Assembly (NCBI GenBank): GCA_965197925.1
Contig: CBDAOC010000020.1
Coordinates: 352,001-416,000, forward strand
From: Nitrososphaerales archaeon
GTDB taxonomy: Archaea > Thermoproteota > Nitrososphaeria > Nitrososphaerales > UBA213
Reading direction: 5' to 3'
Length of the DNA: 64,000 nucleotides
Positions 1-10,019 of the stretch are shown piece by piece. The notes under the pieces were generated by a model that saw nothing but the letters and a program-made list of their open reading frames with translations, made no database searches and was not told where the DNA came from. A program made the position numbers and the translations under genes. Numbering within the stretch: position 1 is the stretch's first letter; the number at the start of each line of letters is the position of its first letter.

Positions 1-1
1 A

Positions 2-121
2 TTACCTATGGCTGCACTTGCAAGTAAACTGTTCATTGACGCCGCCCGTATGGGTTTAGCGGAACTGGACTATACGGGGATCCTTGCGTTTATAGAGAAG
101 TCAAGTGAAATAAAGAAATGA
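2..121 (+). CDS. C-terminal end of NAD(P)-dependent oxidoreductase, 3-hydroxyisobutyrate dehydrogenase family (partial, runs off window)
   Basis: Own translation of frame 2: LPMAALASKLFIDAARMGLAELDYTGILAFIEK*, resembling the beta-hydroxyacid dehydrogenase C-terminal helices; stop overlaps the next ATG (ATGA). Confidence 0.65.
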   Translation, partial: LPMAALASKLFIDAARMGLAELDYTGILAFIEKSSEIKK

Positions 122-834
122 TGAAACTAAAACATATAGAGAAGGTGAACATGAGCGATATAACTCTCATAGCTGCATTGCCGGACATGGGCAGGGTGGG
201 TGGATTGGTATCAGAATTCCTTGCAAAACAGCTAAATGCGAAACTCGTTGCAGAGATCGAATCCATAGAAAAGCCATGGGTAACATGTGAAAATGGAATT
301 GCAAATCTACATATAGATACATATAAAATATATATTGACAAACAGAATTCGATCGTTATCTTTAATGGAGATACACAGCCACAGGATACCCGTGAGCTGT
401 ATGAATTGTGTGACCTGTTACTTGACACGGTCCTTGGCTATGGAAAAATAAAACGTCTTTTTACAGCTGGTGGTTATCTTAGAGAGGAAGTTCTTGGGGA
501 GCCAAAGGTGTATGTTACAGCAACCAACCAAAATCTGTTGGAGGAACTCAATAGATACAATATTGGAACACTAGGAAATGAAGTGAATTCAATTACTTGG
601 TTCAATGGATTGATACTTGGAATTGCTGCTAAACGAAAGATTGAAGGTATAGGATTTTTTGGTGAAATAGATAATCCAGACATTCCACAACACCAAGCAA
701 CAAAGAGCATTATAAAAGTAATTGCTAGGATGATCAATACGGAAATCAATACCAAAGAATTAGAAATTCCACAGGATATTATCCAGGATGATAACCAAGA
801 GGAGCGTACGGGTTTTACGCCTGGTGTTGCATGA
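118..834 (+). CDS. PAC2-family proteasome assembly chaperone-like protein
   Basis: LPDMGRVGGLV N-terminal motif, GDTQP, TAGGY, FNGLILG. Confidence 0.8.
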   Translation: MMKLKHIEKVNMSDITLIAALPDMGRVGGLVSEFLAKQLNAKLVAEIESIEKPWVTCENGIANLHIDTYKIYIDKQNSIVIFNGDTQPQDTRELYELCDLLLDTVLGYGKIKRLFTAGGYLREEVLGEPKVYVTATNQNLLEELNRYNIGTLGNEVNSITWFNGLILGIAAKRKIEGIGFFGEIDNPDIPQHQATKSIIKVIARMINTEINTKELEIPQDIIQDDNQEERTGFTPGVA

Positions 835-909
835 TCTTTACCTGGTAAATCCGTTACTTAATTTATTTATTTTTAAATTAGTAAATCATTAATATATTAA
901 AACATTAAT

Positions 910-1236
910 TCAAGCAATCTTGCTTCCTAATGGAGCATCGTCTGAAACCGTTAGCCATATGGGTTTGCCATTAACATCTGCAGCAAGTAGCATTCCATTT
1001 GAATCTATTCCCGCAACTTGTTTTGGTGCCATGTTAATAACAACTATGACTGTTCTACCAGTAAAGTATTCAGGTTCATAATACTCTGCACCTCCAACTA
1101 CAAGCTCCCTTTTTTCACTTCCAAGATCTATCATTGCCTTTATCACTTTCTTGAAACCTTTGATCCTTTCAGCTTTCACAACCCGCCCTACCCTGAGATC
1201 GAGTTTTCCAAACTCTTCATAAGTTATGTATTCCAT
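910..1236 (-). CDS. tRNA-binding OB-fold protein (Trbp111/CsaA/MetRS C-terminal-like)
   Basis: ITYEEFGKLDLRVGRV...NMAPKQVAGIDSNGMLLAA; start placed at ATG 1236. Confidence 0.85.
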   Translation of the reverse strand: MEYITYEEFGKLDLRVGRVVKAERIKGFKKVIKAMIDLGSEKRELVVGGAEYYEPEYFTGRTVIVVINMAPKQVAGIDSNGMLLAADVNGKPIWLTVSDDAPLGSKIA

Positions 1237-1372
1237 ATTGAAAGCTAACAATACTCACTAAAAATCATTATGTTTGTATGATAATTATACAGCTGAGAGT
1301 CATTAGTTGTTATTAATTTCTATTTCCTACAAATACCAGCAGTTAATCTTGAATTTTTGATAAACCAAAGTA

Positions 1373-2341
1373 TTATTCCATCCTAGGCAAATCTGTTTCG
1401 AAGTCTAGACTACATTCTATTTCATCCCAATCCAGAATGGAATTATTAGGGATGATATTCAAGGGGTCGTAGTCATCGAATCTAGTTTCTTCAAGAACTG
1501 ACGCCATCAACAAAACTTTGACACTATCTGAACCCGAAGAAGATAGGGTCAAACCAACTTCAGTTCCACTCACTCCAAGTATCTTTTGGACACTGTTGAC
1601 TAGAGAATCAAGAATCCCTACTCGAACTTTATCGCCTCCAACGACATATAGGACTGCCCTACTTACGTTATCGGGGTCCACATTTGTGTAAAGCATTCTG
1701 AATGAATCCTTCAGGGCAGATTCAGCGTCTTTTAGAGAATCTTTACTGGTACACAGTACAGCTGTTTTTTCGTCCAGAGATATACCGCAAGTGAGAGAAC
1801 CTATCACCTCAAGTACAGCCTCGTTAATTATCCTGTAACAATCTTCTACTGTCAAATCAGGGTTATTATAGAGTAAAGCGTCGTTATCGACTATAATAAG
1901 ACAATTCGAAGACTCTTTCAACCTCCGTAGTGAGACACCTGCCTTGAACAGCTTACTTGTCTCGAATTTAAATGGCATTATAACAAAAGAAATAACATTC
2001 TTACCCGCATCCATAGCCATTCTAGCTACTATTGGGGCTATGCCCGTTCCTCCATTCCCAGCTAAATTTCCTATAAGTATGACCGTGGAACTATCTCCCA
2101 GTCTTTCTCTTATCTCATGGCTTGACTCATGAACTGCCCCACGTATACTGTTAGATGAGGGATTTAATAGATTTTTGACATCAATCAACATGTTCTCACA
2201 ACCAGGATAATTCAGATCACTCTTGTCGTTACTCATAAGAATACATCTCCCATCCATTCTAATTTGAGCCTGTGAAGCAATTTTTGCCCCTACACCACCA
2301 ATGCCAATAGTAATTATCGGATTCTTTATCTCGACGGCCAA
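1373..2341 (-). CDS. ftsZ: Divergent thaumarchaeal FtsZ/tubulin-family protein
   Basis: IGIGGVG, degenerate tubulin signature LAGNGGTG, MPFKFE, IIVDNDAL. Confidence 0.85.
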   Translation of the reverse strand: MAVEIKNPIITIGIGGVGAKIASQAQIRMDGRCILMSNDKSDLNYPGCENMLIDVKNLLNPSSNSIRGAVHESSHEIRERLGDSSTVILIGNLAGNGGTGIAPIVARMAMDAGKNVISFVIMPFKFETSKLFKAGVSLRRLKESSNCLIIVDNDALLYNNPDLTVEDCYRIINEAVLEVIGSLTCGISLDEKTAVLCTSKDSLKDAESALKDSFRMLYTNVDPDNVSRAVLYVVGGDKVRVGILDSLVNSVQKILGVSGTEVGLTLSSSGSDSVKVLLMASVLEETRFDDYDPLNIIPNNSILDWDEIECSLDFETDLPRME

Positions 2342-2426
2342 ACTATCCCCAGCTATCCTACTAAAAGTTCGTTAAAAAACATTGTAGATTTACTGATGGT
2401 ACACTAATGATCTAACATTGTTGATC

Positions 2427-3704
2427 TCAGAGATCATCAAGTTTCCCAATTAGGAAGTGATTGAAAACGGAATCTATTTTTACCGTAACTTTGGAACCCA
2501 AATTTACATTCTCGTGTAGAAAAATAGGTTTGTATGCAAAGTTCCTTCCCTCAATTCCATCTTTTTTTATTTCATCTATTAGAACATCGCCGCTCCAACC
2601 GGCCCATGCCAAGTTCCTCCTGTAACCTATAGCGTTTGCTAACTGGTGAAGTATTTTTGTTCTCGCTTTCACATTCTTTACATTTAATCTGTCCAGCTCT
2701 CTAGCCTCAGTACCTAGTCTTGGACTGAACTTTGATATGTTTATTAAATCTGGCTCTACTAGATTCATTAGATCGATCGTCTGTTGAAAATCATTCTCAC
2801 TCTCTTCTGGAAAGCCAACTATCACATCAGTTGAGACAGTAAATTGCTTGAATTCATCCCTAAATCTTTTTGCTATGTCAGCAAATAGTGATGCCTTGTG
2901 TCCTCTTTTCATAAGTTTCAGAATTTTGTCACTTCCGCTCTGTACAGGTATGTGTAGAAATTTGAAGACTTTGTCATTTCTATAAACTTCAATAAGATCT
3001 TCTAGCATGAATGGTATGTACATTGGATTCATCATGCCTACCCTGACCATGAAATCACCATCTAATTCGCACACTCCTTTTACCAAATCTGCCAGGTTAC
3101 AATTCAGGTCCCTCCCGTACGCGCCATTATCAGTGGAGGTTAACCACACCTCCCTACAGCCATCTCTGAGATCATTTCTTACCTGCCTTACTACATCTCC
3201 TATCCTGTAACTCTTCACTCTACCCTTTGCTAACTTTGTTTGACAAAAAGAACAGTCGCTCAAGCAACCACTCCCAATTTCTGCTATACATATAGTGGAG
3301 TTTAGCCTTATTCTTGGTAAATTTACCTTGGGTGTGGAAGACCTCGTAAGAGCAACCAGTGAATTTCCATTGAGAGTGGCATCTACCACCTCAACAGCTC
3401 TGTCTATTGCATCGGGTCCCAACAATCCCGCTGTAGGGTTATACTTCCTGACAGTGTCTGGCTCAGTCTTTGCTAGACAACCTGCTACCACCAAAGGTTT
3501 GCCCCTATTTGAGAGACGTTTTATCCTGTAAATCATTCTGTTAGCGGTAGCGTCCTTGACGGAGCATGTAACCATCATGTTTACATCAGCTTCGTTTACA
3601 TTGTTGACCAGTTCATACCCCCCGTTTTTGAGTAAACCGGCAATCATTTCTGAATCTGCAATATTTGCAGAGCAACCAAAAGTCTCAATGCGTACCTTAA
3701 CCAT
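2427..3704 (-). CDS. tRNA methylthiotransferase (MtaB/e-MtaB, MiaB-like radical SAM with TRAM domain)
   Basis: ETFGCSAN..DSE, TCSVK, GCLSDCSFC (CxxxCxxC), HIPVQSGSD, DVIVGFPEE, C-terminal TRAM. Confidence 0.9.
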   Translation of the reverse strand: MVKVRIETFGCSANIADSEMIAGLLKNGGYELVNNVNEADVNMMVTCSVKDATANRMIYRIKRLSNRGKPLVVAGCLAKTEPDTVRKYNPTAGLLGPDAIDRAVEVVDATLNGNSLVALTRSSTPKVNLPRIRLNSTICIAEIGSGCLSDCSFCQTKLAKGRVKSYRIGDVVRQVRNDLRDGCREVWLTSTDNGAYGRDLNCNLADLVKGVCELDGDFMVRVGMMNPMYIPFMLEDLIEVYRNDKVFKFLHIPVQSGSDKILKLMKRGHKASLFADIAKRFRDEFKQFTVSTDVIVGFPEESENDFQQTIDLMNLVEPDLINISKFSPRLGTEARELDRLNVKNVKARTKILHQLANAIGYRRNLAWAGWSGDVLIDEIKKDGIEGRNFAYKPIFLHENVNLGSKVTVKIDSVFNHFLIGKLDDL

Positions 3705-3711
3705 TTAGCAT

Positions 3712-5091
3712 TCACATATTTGGAACATTCTTGCTCAGAACTTTGTTAATAGTCTGTTTGCTCATAACTCCTTTCTTGACTGCTAATTCCATTACACTAG
3801 TATTCTTCTTCAAGGCTTCCTTATACAATTCCGATGCCTCCATATATCCAATATATGGAGCAAGAAGAGTAGCTAATACAGGGCTCTTTTCTATATAAGA
3901 TTCCAGTTTCTCTTTGTTGGCCTGTAGCCCATCTATCATATTTTTTGAAAACATAGGTAAAATATTCTTTAGCATATCAATTGATTCCAACATACATTTT
4001 GCCATAATGGGGAGCATCACGTTAAGCTCGAACTGACCCGCTTGTACAGCAAATGCTATGGAAAGATCGTTTCCAGCTACGTTAAAGCATACCATATTCA
4101 AAGATTCCGCAAGGGAGGGATTCACTTTACCCGGCATTATTGAGGATCCTGCATGCACTGTCGGTATGGTGATTTCAGCAAATCCGGTCATTGGTCCTGA
4201 TGCCATTAAACGAATATCGTTTGCCAATCGAATTAGCTCTAATGCAGTATTTCGTAATGCGGACGAACTATTTGCAATGGCAAACCTACTTTGCAACCCA
4301 TAACACATATCTTTTTGGGGCTTCAAATTCAGACCAGAAATGATTGATAGATTTTTCACTACAAGTCTTCTATATCCTCTTGGTGCATTAGCTCCAGTAC
4401 CCACAGCAGTGCCCCCTAATGCTACATATTCAAGTTCCTTCCTTGCAATTCCTATTGAGTGTCTTGCACTTTCAATAGCTTCTGAATACGCTTTGAATTC
4501 CATACCCAAAGTAATAGGTAATGCATCCATCAAATGAGTTCTACCTATCTTTGCTACTCCACTGAACTCTCGAGATTTTCTTCTTAATGAAGCGATTAAA
4601 TTATCTAGTTCAGGGATTAATTCATTTAAATCTAGAAGAATTGCAATATGAAGAGCTGTTGGGAAGGTATCGTTACTCGATTGTGACATGTTAACATCAT
4701 CATTGGGATTAATGAATTTGTAATCACCTTTCTTTCTATGTAAAATCTCTAATGCCCTATTTGCAATTACCTCATTAACATTCATATTAAATGCAGTACC
4801 TGCACCTGAGTTGATAGCATCTACAATCAAGTTATCTGTCAAAGATCCAGATAGAATTTCATCACATGTCTTCACTATTGCGTTTCCTTTTCTTGAATCA
4901 AGTTTTTTTAACTTCATATTTGCAATTGAAGCAGATCTCTTGATCATGGCATATGCCTTGATTATACATTGATGAGAACTCTTACCTGTGATATTGTAAT
5001 TTTTCAAGGCCCTCGCAGTAAACGGACCATAATAAGCATGAATAGGAATTTTGGTCTCTCCTAAAGAATCACTCTCAACTCTAAATTTCAT
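3712..5091 (-). CDS. Class II fumarate hydratase / aspartate ammonia-lyase family
   Basis: GSSIMPGKVNP signature, SQSSNDTFPT, KIGRTHLMDA. Confidence 0.9.
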   Translation of the reverse strand: MKFRVESDSLGETKIPIHAYYGPFTARALKNYNITGKSSHQCIIKAYAMIKRSASIANMKLKKLDSRKGNAIVKTCDEILSGSLTDNLIVDAINSGAGTAFNMNVNEVIANRALEILHRKKGDYKFINPNDDVNMSQSSNDTFPTALHIAILLDLNELIPELDNLIASLRRKSREFSGVAKIGRTHLMDALPITLGMEFKAYSEAIESARHSIGIARKELEYVALGGTAVGTGANAPRGYRRLVVKNLSIISGLNLKPQKDMCYGLQSRFAIANSSSALRNTALELIRLANDIRLMASGPMTGFAEITIPTVHAGSSIMPGKVNPSLAESLNMVCFNVAGNDLSIAFAVQAGQFELNVMLPIMAKCMLESIDMLKNILPMFSKNMIDGLQANKEKLESYIEKSPVLATLLAPYIGYMEASELYKEALKKNTSVMELAVKKGVMSKQTINKVLSKNVPNM

Positions 5092-5179
5092 AACGATTTT
5101 AACCTCAGATTTGTTAATTAACTTTAGGGTCTTTATTTTCTAATAACAAAGATTCAAACAAACAAAAAAAAGGATGTGG

Positions 5180-7318
5180 TTACTTGAATATTCTGCCATG
5201 TGGATGCTCATCAAGAGTTGCATACCATCCTGCACTTGGGATTGGTAGTATACCCGTTCCGCCCCAACCGTTGCCTAAATCGACTTCACCTGCTATGGAT
5301 GGTGGACTCGTCGTCATATCAATCACTTGCATAACTGGTGCGAATTTGTTGGTGGTATAAGCATATAATCCACCGCCGTCCTTGAATCCATATTCAACAC
5401 CATGAGATCCTGGATATGACGGTAACGTTGCTACCACTCTAGAATTCTCTGGGTTATTGTAGTCAAGTTGTGTTATTGATAAAGTACCTGGTGCTCCAAT
5501 ACCTCCTGCATTGGCAGTTACTACGTACTTACCATCAGGACTAACCGGTGATTGTATTGGAACTGATCCCACTTCTAACGTCTTCACAAAGGTTGGATTA
5601 GTTGGACCGCCTACTGAACTTCCAACGTCGTATATGATCAATCGTCCCTGCAACAGCTTTTCATGTGACAACAATACTTCCGTCGTCACCCAGAATCTAT
5701 GACCGTTCATCTCTGGACCTAGGTATGATGCAAGATCTATTCCTGGACCAATCTTTCCACCAGTAATTTGATCATCAACTTCACTCAAGTTAATCGGTTC
5801 GAACAACTCCTCTTGTGTCTCCAAGTCAGCTATTACTGCATGATTCTGCAAATGGTATGGTATTGATATCAATCCTTCTGGTATTAACCAGAATCCATGT
5901 GGCCCTGCTAGAGGAATTGAGGCCTTTATGCTTCCTATAGGCTTTATCTCGGATGCCGGTACACTAAGATCCATAATCTCCTGTGCGTCGAACACCTGCA
6001 CTTCAGATCCCGCGTTAATCGTTACAATAACATATTTGTCGTCTACTGAGAAGAATACATGGGCTGGATCCATTCCAGTTTGAATGTAGTTCTTCACCAC
6101 CTCACGGCTATCAATATCTATCAGAGTCAGATAGTCATCATGCCAGTTTGTCTGAATGACATACTTTCCATTACTTGACTCCCAAAGATTGTGAGGATTA
6201 TTCAATCCCTTTCCTATCTTACCAGTTATCTCCCATGTGTTCGCATCCACGATTGTTATGGTGCCAGGCCAAGGTTTACCGAATTTCCCAGTTGGAGAGG
6301 TTGGATCTGTCTGGACTTCGAACTGTGTGTCTATCCAGATCTCACCTACACCTGGTGTTGAAGGTACATCTCTATATGGCCTAAAGTCTTGCCATGGAGC
6401 TACACTTGGATACCAAGGTGCAAACTTTGCTACAGTGGGATCACCCTCACCGGTTCCCATTTCACCAGTTATTGCATTGTATGGTACTCCAGCGGATATA
6501 ACTCCGGTCATGTATGGATGTATTGCGCATATATAGACGTATACACCAGCATCAGGAATCCATGCAGAGGTCCTGTCACCTGGTGACAATAAAGTCCATG
6601 TCTTTGCAGTATATTCAGGGTCCATATTCAGCTCCAAGTCAGTAACTCTTGTAACGAATGTTATTGTGTGTACTGAAGTTGTCTCCTGAGCGTCCCATAC
6701 AACAGGTGTACCTGGGTCGATTTGTAATGCAGTAGGTTGGAACCATGGGGCCCATTCGCTAACTGTTATCGTTTTTACCATCTCTCCAGTAACAGTTGCT
6801 GGAGGCGCTGGCCCTGTTGGTTCTGTCACAATTGGCTCGGGTGGTACCATGCTTGGCAATTCACCCGTTATTGCTCTTGCTTGAGCTGCTATGGTGCTAG
6901 TCACCGTAAACGAGTCAGAATCACTAGTATGGAAGAGAACCGCATCTCCGACAAATCGAGCATTTCCTGAATCGCCGCTTGTTACTTTCTCAACTGCATA
7001 CTTTACTCCGTTCACTTCATGAGTCGTCTGGCCCGTTGCTTCACCAGTTACCATATGGTAAACTAACACATCCACTGTCTTGCTGGCTGTGTAAGATAAC
7101 GTTCCTTTGTATACCACATTCTCCATAGGTGATAGTATTTCTACGGCTTGGTGACTTTCATGACCAACTGCTCTATGTGATTGTGATTCTAGCGTCTTTG
7201 TTAGAATAATTCTCTTGATACGTTCGCCTTCCGCAAATTGATCGATTGAAAGTGGGGCAACAATAAGTCCTAAAACGAGTATTCCGGCTGCTAATCCTGC
7301 TATTATTATCTTATTCAT
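5180..7318 (-). CDS. Secreted/anchored multidomain copper protein: His-rich thaumarchaeal domain + type-1 cupredoxin + YVTN/NosZ-like beta-propeller
   Basis: N-terminal hydrophobic signal; GHESHQ motif; Pro/Thr linker; VHTIT...YICAIHPYMTG type-1 Cu ligands; propeller blades with NNPHNLW, DPAHV, GPHGF, GSHG. Confidence 0.75.
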   Translation of the reverse strand: MNKIIIAGLAAGILVLGLIVAPLSIDQFAEGERIKRIILTKTLESQSHRAVGHESHQAVEILSPMENVVYKGTLSYTASKTVDVLVYHMVTGEATGQTTHEVNGVKYAVEKVTSGDSGNARFVGDAVLFHTSDSDSFTVTSTIAAQARAITGELPSMVPPEPIVTEPTGPAPPATVTGEMVKTITVSEWAPWFQPTALQIDPGTPVVWDAQETTSVHTITFVTRVTDLELNMDPEYTAKTWTLLSPGDRTSAWIPDAGVYVYICAIHPYMTGVISAGVPYNAITGEMGTGEGDPTVAKFAPWYPSVAPWQDFRPYRDVPSTPGVGEIWIDTQFEVQTDPTSPTGKFGKPWPGTITIVDANTWEITGKIGKGLNNPHNLWESSNGKYVIQTNWHDDYLTLIDIDSREVVKNYIQTGMDPAHVFFSVDDKYVIVTINAGSEVQVFDAQEIMDLSVPASEIKPIGSIKASIPLAGPHGFWLIPEGLISIPYHLQNHAVIADLETQEELFEPINLSEVDDQITGGKIGPGIDLASYLGPEMNGHRFWVTTEVLLSHEKLLQGRLIIYDVGSSVGGPTNPTFVKTLEVGSVPIQSPVSPDGKYVVTANAGGIGAPGTLSITQLDYNNPENSRVVATLPSYPGSHGVEYGFKDGGGLYAYTTNKFAPVMQVIDMTTSPPSIAGEVDLGNGWGGTGILPIPSAGWYATLDEHPHGRIFK

Positions 7319-7342
7319 TCTGCGGTTATCAACGAATAAGGC

Positions 7343-7350
7343 TATTTAAA
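7343..7350 (-). promoter_or_regulatory. Putative archaeal TATA box of the copper-protein gene (likely leaderless transcript)
   Basis: TTTAAATA on the minus strand about 25 nt upstream of ATG 7318. Confidence 0.5.
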
Positions 7351-7842
7351 TATTTGGTGAAAAAAAGTACTTACCGGTATAATTTTTAGAATATGTTCCT
7401 AACTTAGTAACATTATTCTTGAATTAATATTCGATCAGGAAAACGTAAACCATAGAAAACTACCCGCCCTCCTTATTTTAGAATCAAATGTTTCTCTAAC
7501 AGACAAACTAGGCACAATTTTTCAATATGCCAAATAACTGTTTCTTATACTAGCCTATGTTTGGATATATTAGTTCTAGTATCCTCCCATATGAAAGGTA
7601 TAGAAATCATCATGGACCTTTCTATGGACCTATGTCCAGCCATTTCTCCCTCAAGAGTGATGTAGAACTCATTAACCATCCTCTCCACTCACTAGGATTA
7701 CATAAATATTGAATAATGATCTAGTTTAGCACCTCTTCTCTTTTCATATATATCATGTAGATTTACTTACCCGGATTGATTGGGCCCAATTTCCAAAGCC
7801 ATTTCAAAATGATTAATTAGGTATGGGGATCATAGCACTGTC

Positions 7843-8778
7843 ATGCATGTAAGTGGAAGAGTACTCGTCTGTGATAAAATAGACCAGAAAGGTATAGACA
7901 TTATGAAGAAATCTGGACTGCAGGTAGATTACATGCCTGATATCAAAGGAGATGAATTGGAAAGAATGGTAAAGGATTATGATATACTGGTGGTTAGAGG
8001 CAGAACAAGAGTAACGAGGGAAGTCATAGATGCGAATCCTAAAATGAAGATTATAGGCAGGGTTGGAGTTGGCCTTGATAATATTGATGTGATTTATGCT
8101 GAATCCCGAAATATCCGAGTTGTAAACGCGGATGTTGCTGCAATGAATGCTGTAGCCGAACTCGTTGTTGGCCTTATGCTTTCACTTGCTAGAAACATAC
8201 CCCTTGCAGATGACGGGATAAAGAATGGAAAATGGTTGAAGAAGGAACTGAAGGGTATAGAGCTTAAAGGTAAATATCTTGGTATAGTTGGTTTAGGCAA
8301 GATAGGCAGAAGGGTAGGGAGAATTGCAAGAGGATTTGGTATGAATATTATTGGGTATGATGTTATTCCAGTAGATCAACAATTTGCAAGAGAAGTAGGT
8401 TTGGTAAAGACGGATCTTAACACCTTGCTTAGTAGTGCTGACTTTATTACTTTGCATGTCCCGTTGACTGATGATACAAGGTTTCTGATAAATGAACAGA
8501 GATTGAATTTGATGAAAAAGACTACATACATTATTAACACTTCAAGAGGATCTGTAATAGATGAAGAGGCGTTGTATAGTGCATTGAATGGAGGAATGAT
8601 TGCAGGTGCTGCATTAGATGTGTTTGAACTAGAACCCCCCAACAATAAGGACTTGGTTCAGCTGCCCAACGTGGTATGTACTCCTCATATTGGAGCGCAA
8701 ACAGCAGAAGCACAGGGCCTTGCTGCAAATGTTATAGCAGAAAAGATAATTCAGATACTACGCGAGTCTGAATTTTAA
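7843..8778 (+). CDS. serA: D-3-phosphoglycerate dehydrogenase / D-2-hydroxyacid dehydrogenase
   Basis: GRVGVGLDNID, GIVGLGKIG, LHVPLT, INTSRG, AALDVFELEP, TPHIGAQT. Confidence 0.85.
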   Translation: MHVSGRVLVCDKIDQKGIDIMKKSGLQVDYMPDIKGDELERMVKDYDILVVRGRTRVTREVIDANPKMKIIGRVGVGLDNIDVIYAESRNIRVVNADVAAMNAVAELVVGLMLSLARNIPLADDGIKNGKWLKKELKGIELKGKYLGIVGLGKIGRRVGRIARGFGMNIIGYDVIPVDQQFAREVGLVKTDLNTLLSSADFITLHVPLTDDTRFLINEQRLNLMKKTTYIINTSRGSVIDEEALYSALNGGMIAGAALDVFELEPPNNKDLVQLPNVVCTPHIGAQTAEAQGLAANVIAEKIIQILRESEF

Positions 8779-8833
8779 AAAAAAGAAATAAAAATATTCT
8801 AGGGTAAAAAACCCACCTTCCAATGAAACAGAT

Positions 8834-9079
8834 TTATTGGACCAACTCGGCCGTAGCGAATCTGTTTCCTATCTGTGTGATTTTTACTTTACAATTCTGG
8901 CCTACTTGTCCACCCTTGACAAAAATTACAAATCCTTGAATTCTTGCGATCCCATCACCCTTGCGGCTGATTTCGGTTACGCTCACGTCGTATTCCTTTC
9001 CTTGTTCAACAGGTTTTGGACCAGAACTAAAGCCACGATTAAATCCCGTACTGTACACCTCCTTCTGTAAGACAACCAA
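8834..9079 (-). CDS. Single-domain TRAM RNA-binding protein
   Basis: KPVEQGKEYDVSVTEISRKGDGIARIQGFVIFV; exact start uncertain. Confidence 0.85.
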   Translation of the reverse strand: MVVLQKEVYSTGFNRGFSSGPKPVEQGKEYDVSVTEISRKGDGIARIQGFVIFVKGGQVGQNCKVKITQIGNRFATAELVQ

Positions 9080-9181
9080 TCTGGCTTAATATAAACCCTC
9101 TAAATTTTGTTTATTTCCTCCAAAAGATGGATATGAGCGTATGTAATAGAATTTATATTACTATTTATGATATGCATGACA

Positions 9182-9532
9182 ATGTCTACAACGAACGAAT
9201 CTACAACGAACGAATCTACAACGAACGAATCTACAACGAACGAAAGCACACGAATGTCTAAACCATCCAACGAAATCTACATAGGCAAAAAACCTCTAAT
9301 GACGTATGTAACTGCGTCTATAGTACAGCTTGCAAGTGAGCCATTTATTATCATCAAAGCAAGAGGTCTGAGCATAACGAGGGCAGTAGATGTATCTCAG
9401 ATAATTTTGAAGAGAATGGCTACAGTTGGCTACAGCTTAGGAGAAGTTAAGATTAGTTCAGAGACTTTACAATCGCAGGATGGCAGAGATAGAAACGTAT
9501 CAACAATTGATATAGAGCTGAAGAAGGCATAG
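9182..9532 (+). CDS. albA: Alba chromatin/RNA-binding protein with N-terminal (STTNE)4 repeat
   Basis: IYIGKKPLMTYV, IKARGLSITRAVDV, RNVSTIDIEL; TATA-like TTTATATT about 23 nt upstream of ATG 9182. Confidence 0.9.
   Translation: MSTTNESTTNESTTNESTTNESTRMSKPSNEIYIGKKPLMTYVTASIVQLASEPFIIIKARGLSITRAVDVSQIILKRMATVGYSLGEVKISSETLQSQDGRDRNVSTIDIELKKA
9185..9244 (+). repeat. Perfect 15-bp tandem repeat x4 (TCTACAACGAACGAA), in-frame in Alba
   Basis: Read directly from the sequence. Confidence 0.95.
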
Positions 9533-10019
9533 GTTAACTGACTTATAGAGCGAAGAAAAACCTATCGACCTCTTTTTATTCTAAAACTAGATTAGGTATC
9601 ACCAATAGGTTAAGAGCATTTTAATTATTGTCATTTATTCCAATTGTTTATAGTTAGTGCAAGTGACAAATAATGGTAAGATGTTTAGCTTATCTTCCTC
9701 TATACAAGCTTCTGGTGTACGTAGGAACTATGGTTCCATTAAAATAACCTTCATCCATTATTTTGAAATTTCTATCAGCTCCCTGATCTTTTTTTATATA
9801 GATCTAAAAACGAAGTAACACAAACCTTCCCTTTGTATTAATTTAGTTCCAGTAAATCTCTTCATTTTACCATGATACTCAAGATGAATATAAACGAGGT
9901 CATACTTCCTCTTACCACATTCCTATCCAAGCATGAAACTATTAGAGATCGAAAAAATCCTCCTTTTAATAAATAAGTGGGATAACATATATAGGCTCTT
10001 CAAATTTGTTGTTATGATA

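Noticed and set aside
5180..7318. Calling the copper protein NosZ or nitrite reductase
   Set aside because: The cupredoxin has a mononuclear type-1 motif (CxxHxxM), not the CuA motif CxxxCxxxHxxM; it precedes the propeller; NosZ DxHH motifs, nos accessory genes and a heme CxxCH are absent.
7500..7810. Possible integrase-core (IS481/IS3-like) remnant on the minus strand (ERMVNEFYITLE)
   Set aside because: Too short and degraded; no IRs or DDE motif can be supported by eye.
9185..9244. Repeat array as a possible CRISPR
   Set aside because: Units are 15 bp, directly adjacent with no spacers and in-frame in a gene; no cas genes in the window.
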